Part shown: positions 63,298-64,000 of the stretch, in pieces
Layout of the letters: every line of letters starts with the position of its first letter
Numbering within the stretch: the stretch's first letter is position 1
Assembly: GCA_964016885.1 (NCBI GenBank)
Contig: OZ024746.1
Span: forward strand, 97,340,001-97,404,000
Length of the DNA stretch: 64,000 bases
Direction of reading: 5' to 3'
Source: Eledone cirrhosa
Taxonomy: Eukaryota
Position numbers and translations under genes: made by a program
The notes under the pieces: model-generated
Database searches by the model: none
What the model saw: the letters and a program-made list of their open reading frames with translations, nothing else
Told to the model about the DNA's origin: nothing

Positions 63298-64000
63298 AGG
63301 CAGCTAAAGTAAGTCAACAAAGGTGAATTTCTTAAGCAGTTTATTGATGTTATTAGCCACTAAACATATATCTGCATACGAAAACAAGCACAAAATGATG
63401 TTACAAAGACAAGGTACGTGATCACTATCATTGTAATCCTTCTCATTGTCATAATCATCCTCAAGTTTAGATGTGTAACCACTCACAAATAATTTACATA
63501 GACAGTTTTAAAGGCTCATCCACCTCTGTTTTCTGTACATAGTATATGATGGAATCTCTGTCAGTTTCAACAATGAGCATTCTGTTATTTGATCAATTGT
63601 ATTTTCAGCTTGTGACTTAACATCTAGGTCAGAGGTTCTCAAACCTTTAGGGCTGCCTCGCCCTCATGGCCACCTAATATCCTCAGTCACCCCTACCCTA
63701 ACCCTATGTAAATATTATATAATAAATAAAATCGTTTCAATTTGGATTGCATTGGGAACGTAACTTTATTATGTAAGAAGCTGTCAGATGATGTCATGGC
63801 ACTGGGTACATGGAATCGTGTGGCCACTGTCGTCATTGAAATATATATCACAGCATTATCGATAAAGGACTTTAACATCTGAAACTACTTTGCATTTTCT
63901 TGGGTTAGACAGGAATTGTCCCACTAGAAGCAAGATTGATTGGGTGACCACGTCTCGCTTGTATAGGACTGTATCTGGCAGGTTGTCTATGGAAGGATGC

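Noticed and set aside
63304-63878. hAT transposase (HVPCLC and VATRF resembling CxxH and TRW motifs)
   Set aside because: Motifs are degenerate and in the wrong order on the minus strand.

Overview
AT-rich, microsatellite-laden eukaryotic genomic DNA. The repeat repertoire looks like an octopus/cephalopod genome (inference). The only credible host coding sequence is a minus-strand first coding exon (9883->9505) encoding a signal peptide plus one follistatin (FOLN+Kazal) module, typical of protostome agrin; its next exon appears to lie outside the window. The rest is mostly transposon debris: two major tRNA-derived SINE families, a decayed R4/Dong-type RLE LINE (46.8-49.9 kb), a 5'-truncated RTE LINE with a PHD-type finger inside its RT region (54.8-57.0 kb), CRE-type 3' ends, and mariner/Tc1/Tigger, piggyBac-like, hAT-like and Helitron non-autonomous elements. 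The most striking signal is about 20 short non-coding elements from at least 8 families, almost all embedded in (TA)n tracts between 18 and 60 kb. They carry type I hammerhead ribozyme motifs, intact or 3' half only, including U3:A8, extra-nucleotide and long-stem-II variants. They are often fold-back palindromes whose apex sits at the ribozyme stem II, and several share a GAGTRC(T) motif in an unpaired 3' tail. They are best read as non-autonomous Penelope-like pLTR/retrozyme elements; no autonomous partner ORF is visible. All folds were done by eye and coordinates of decayed repeats are approximate.
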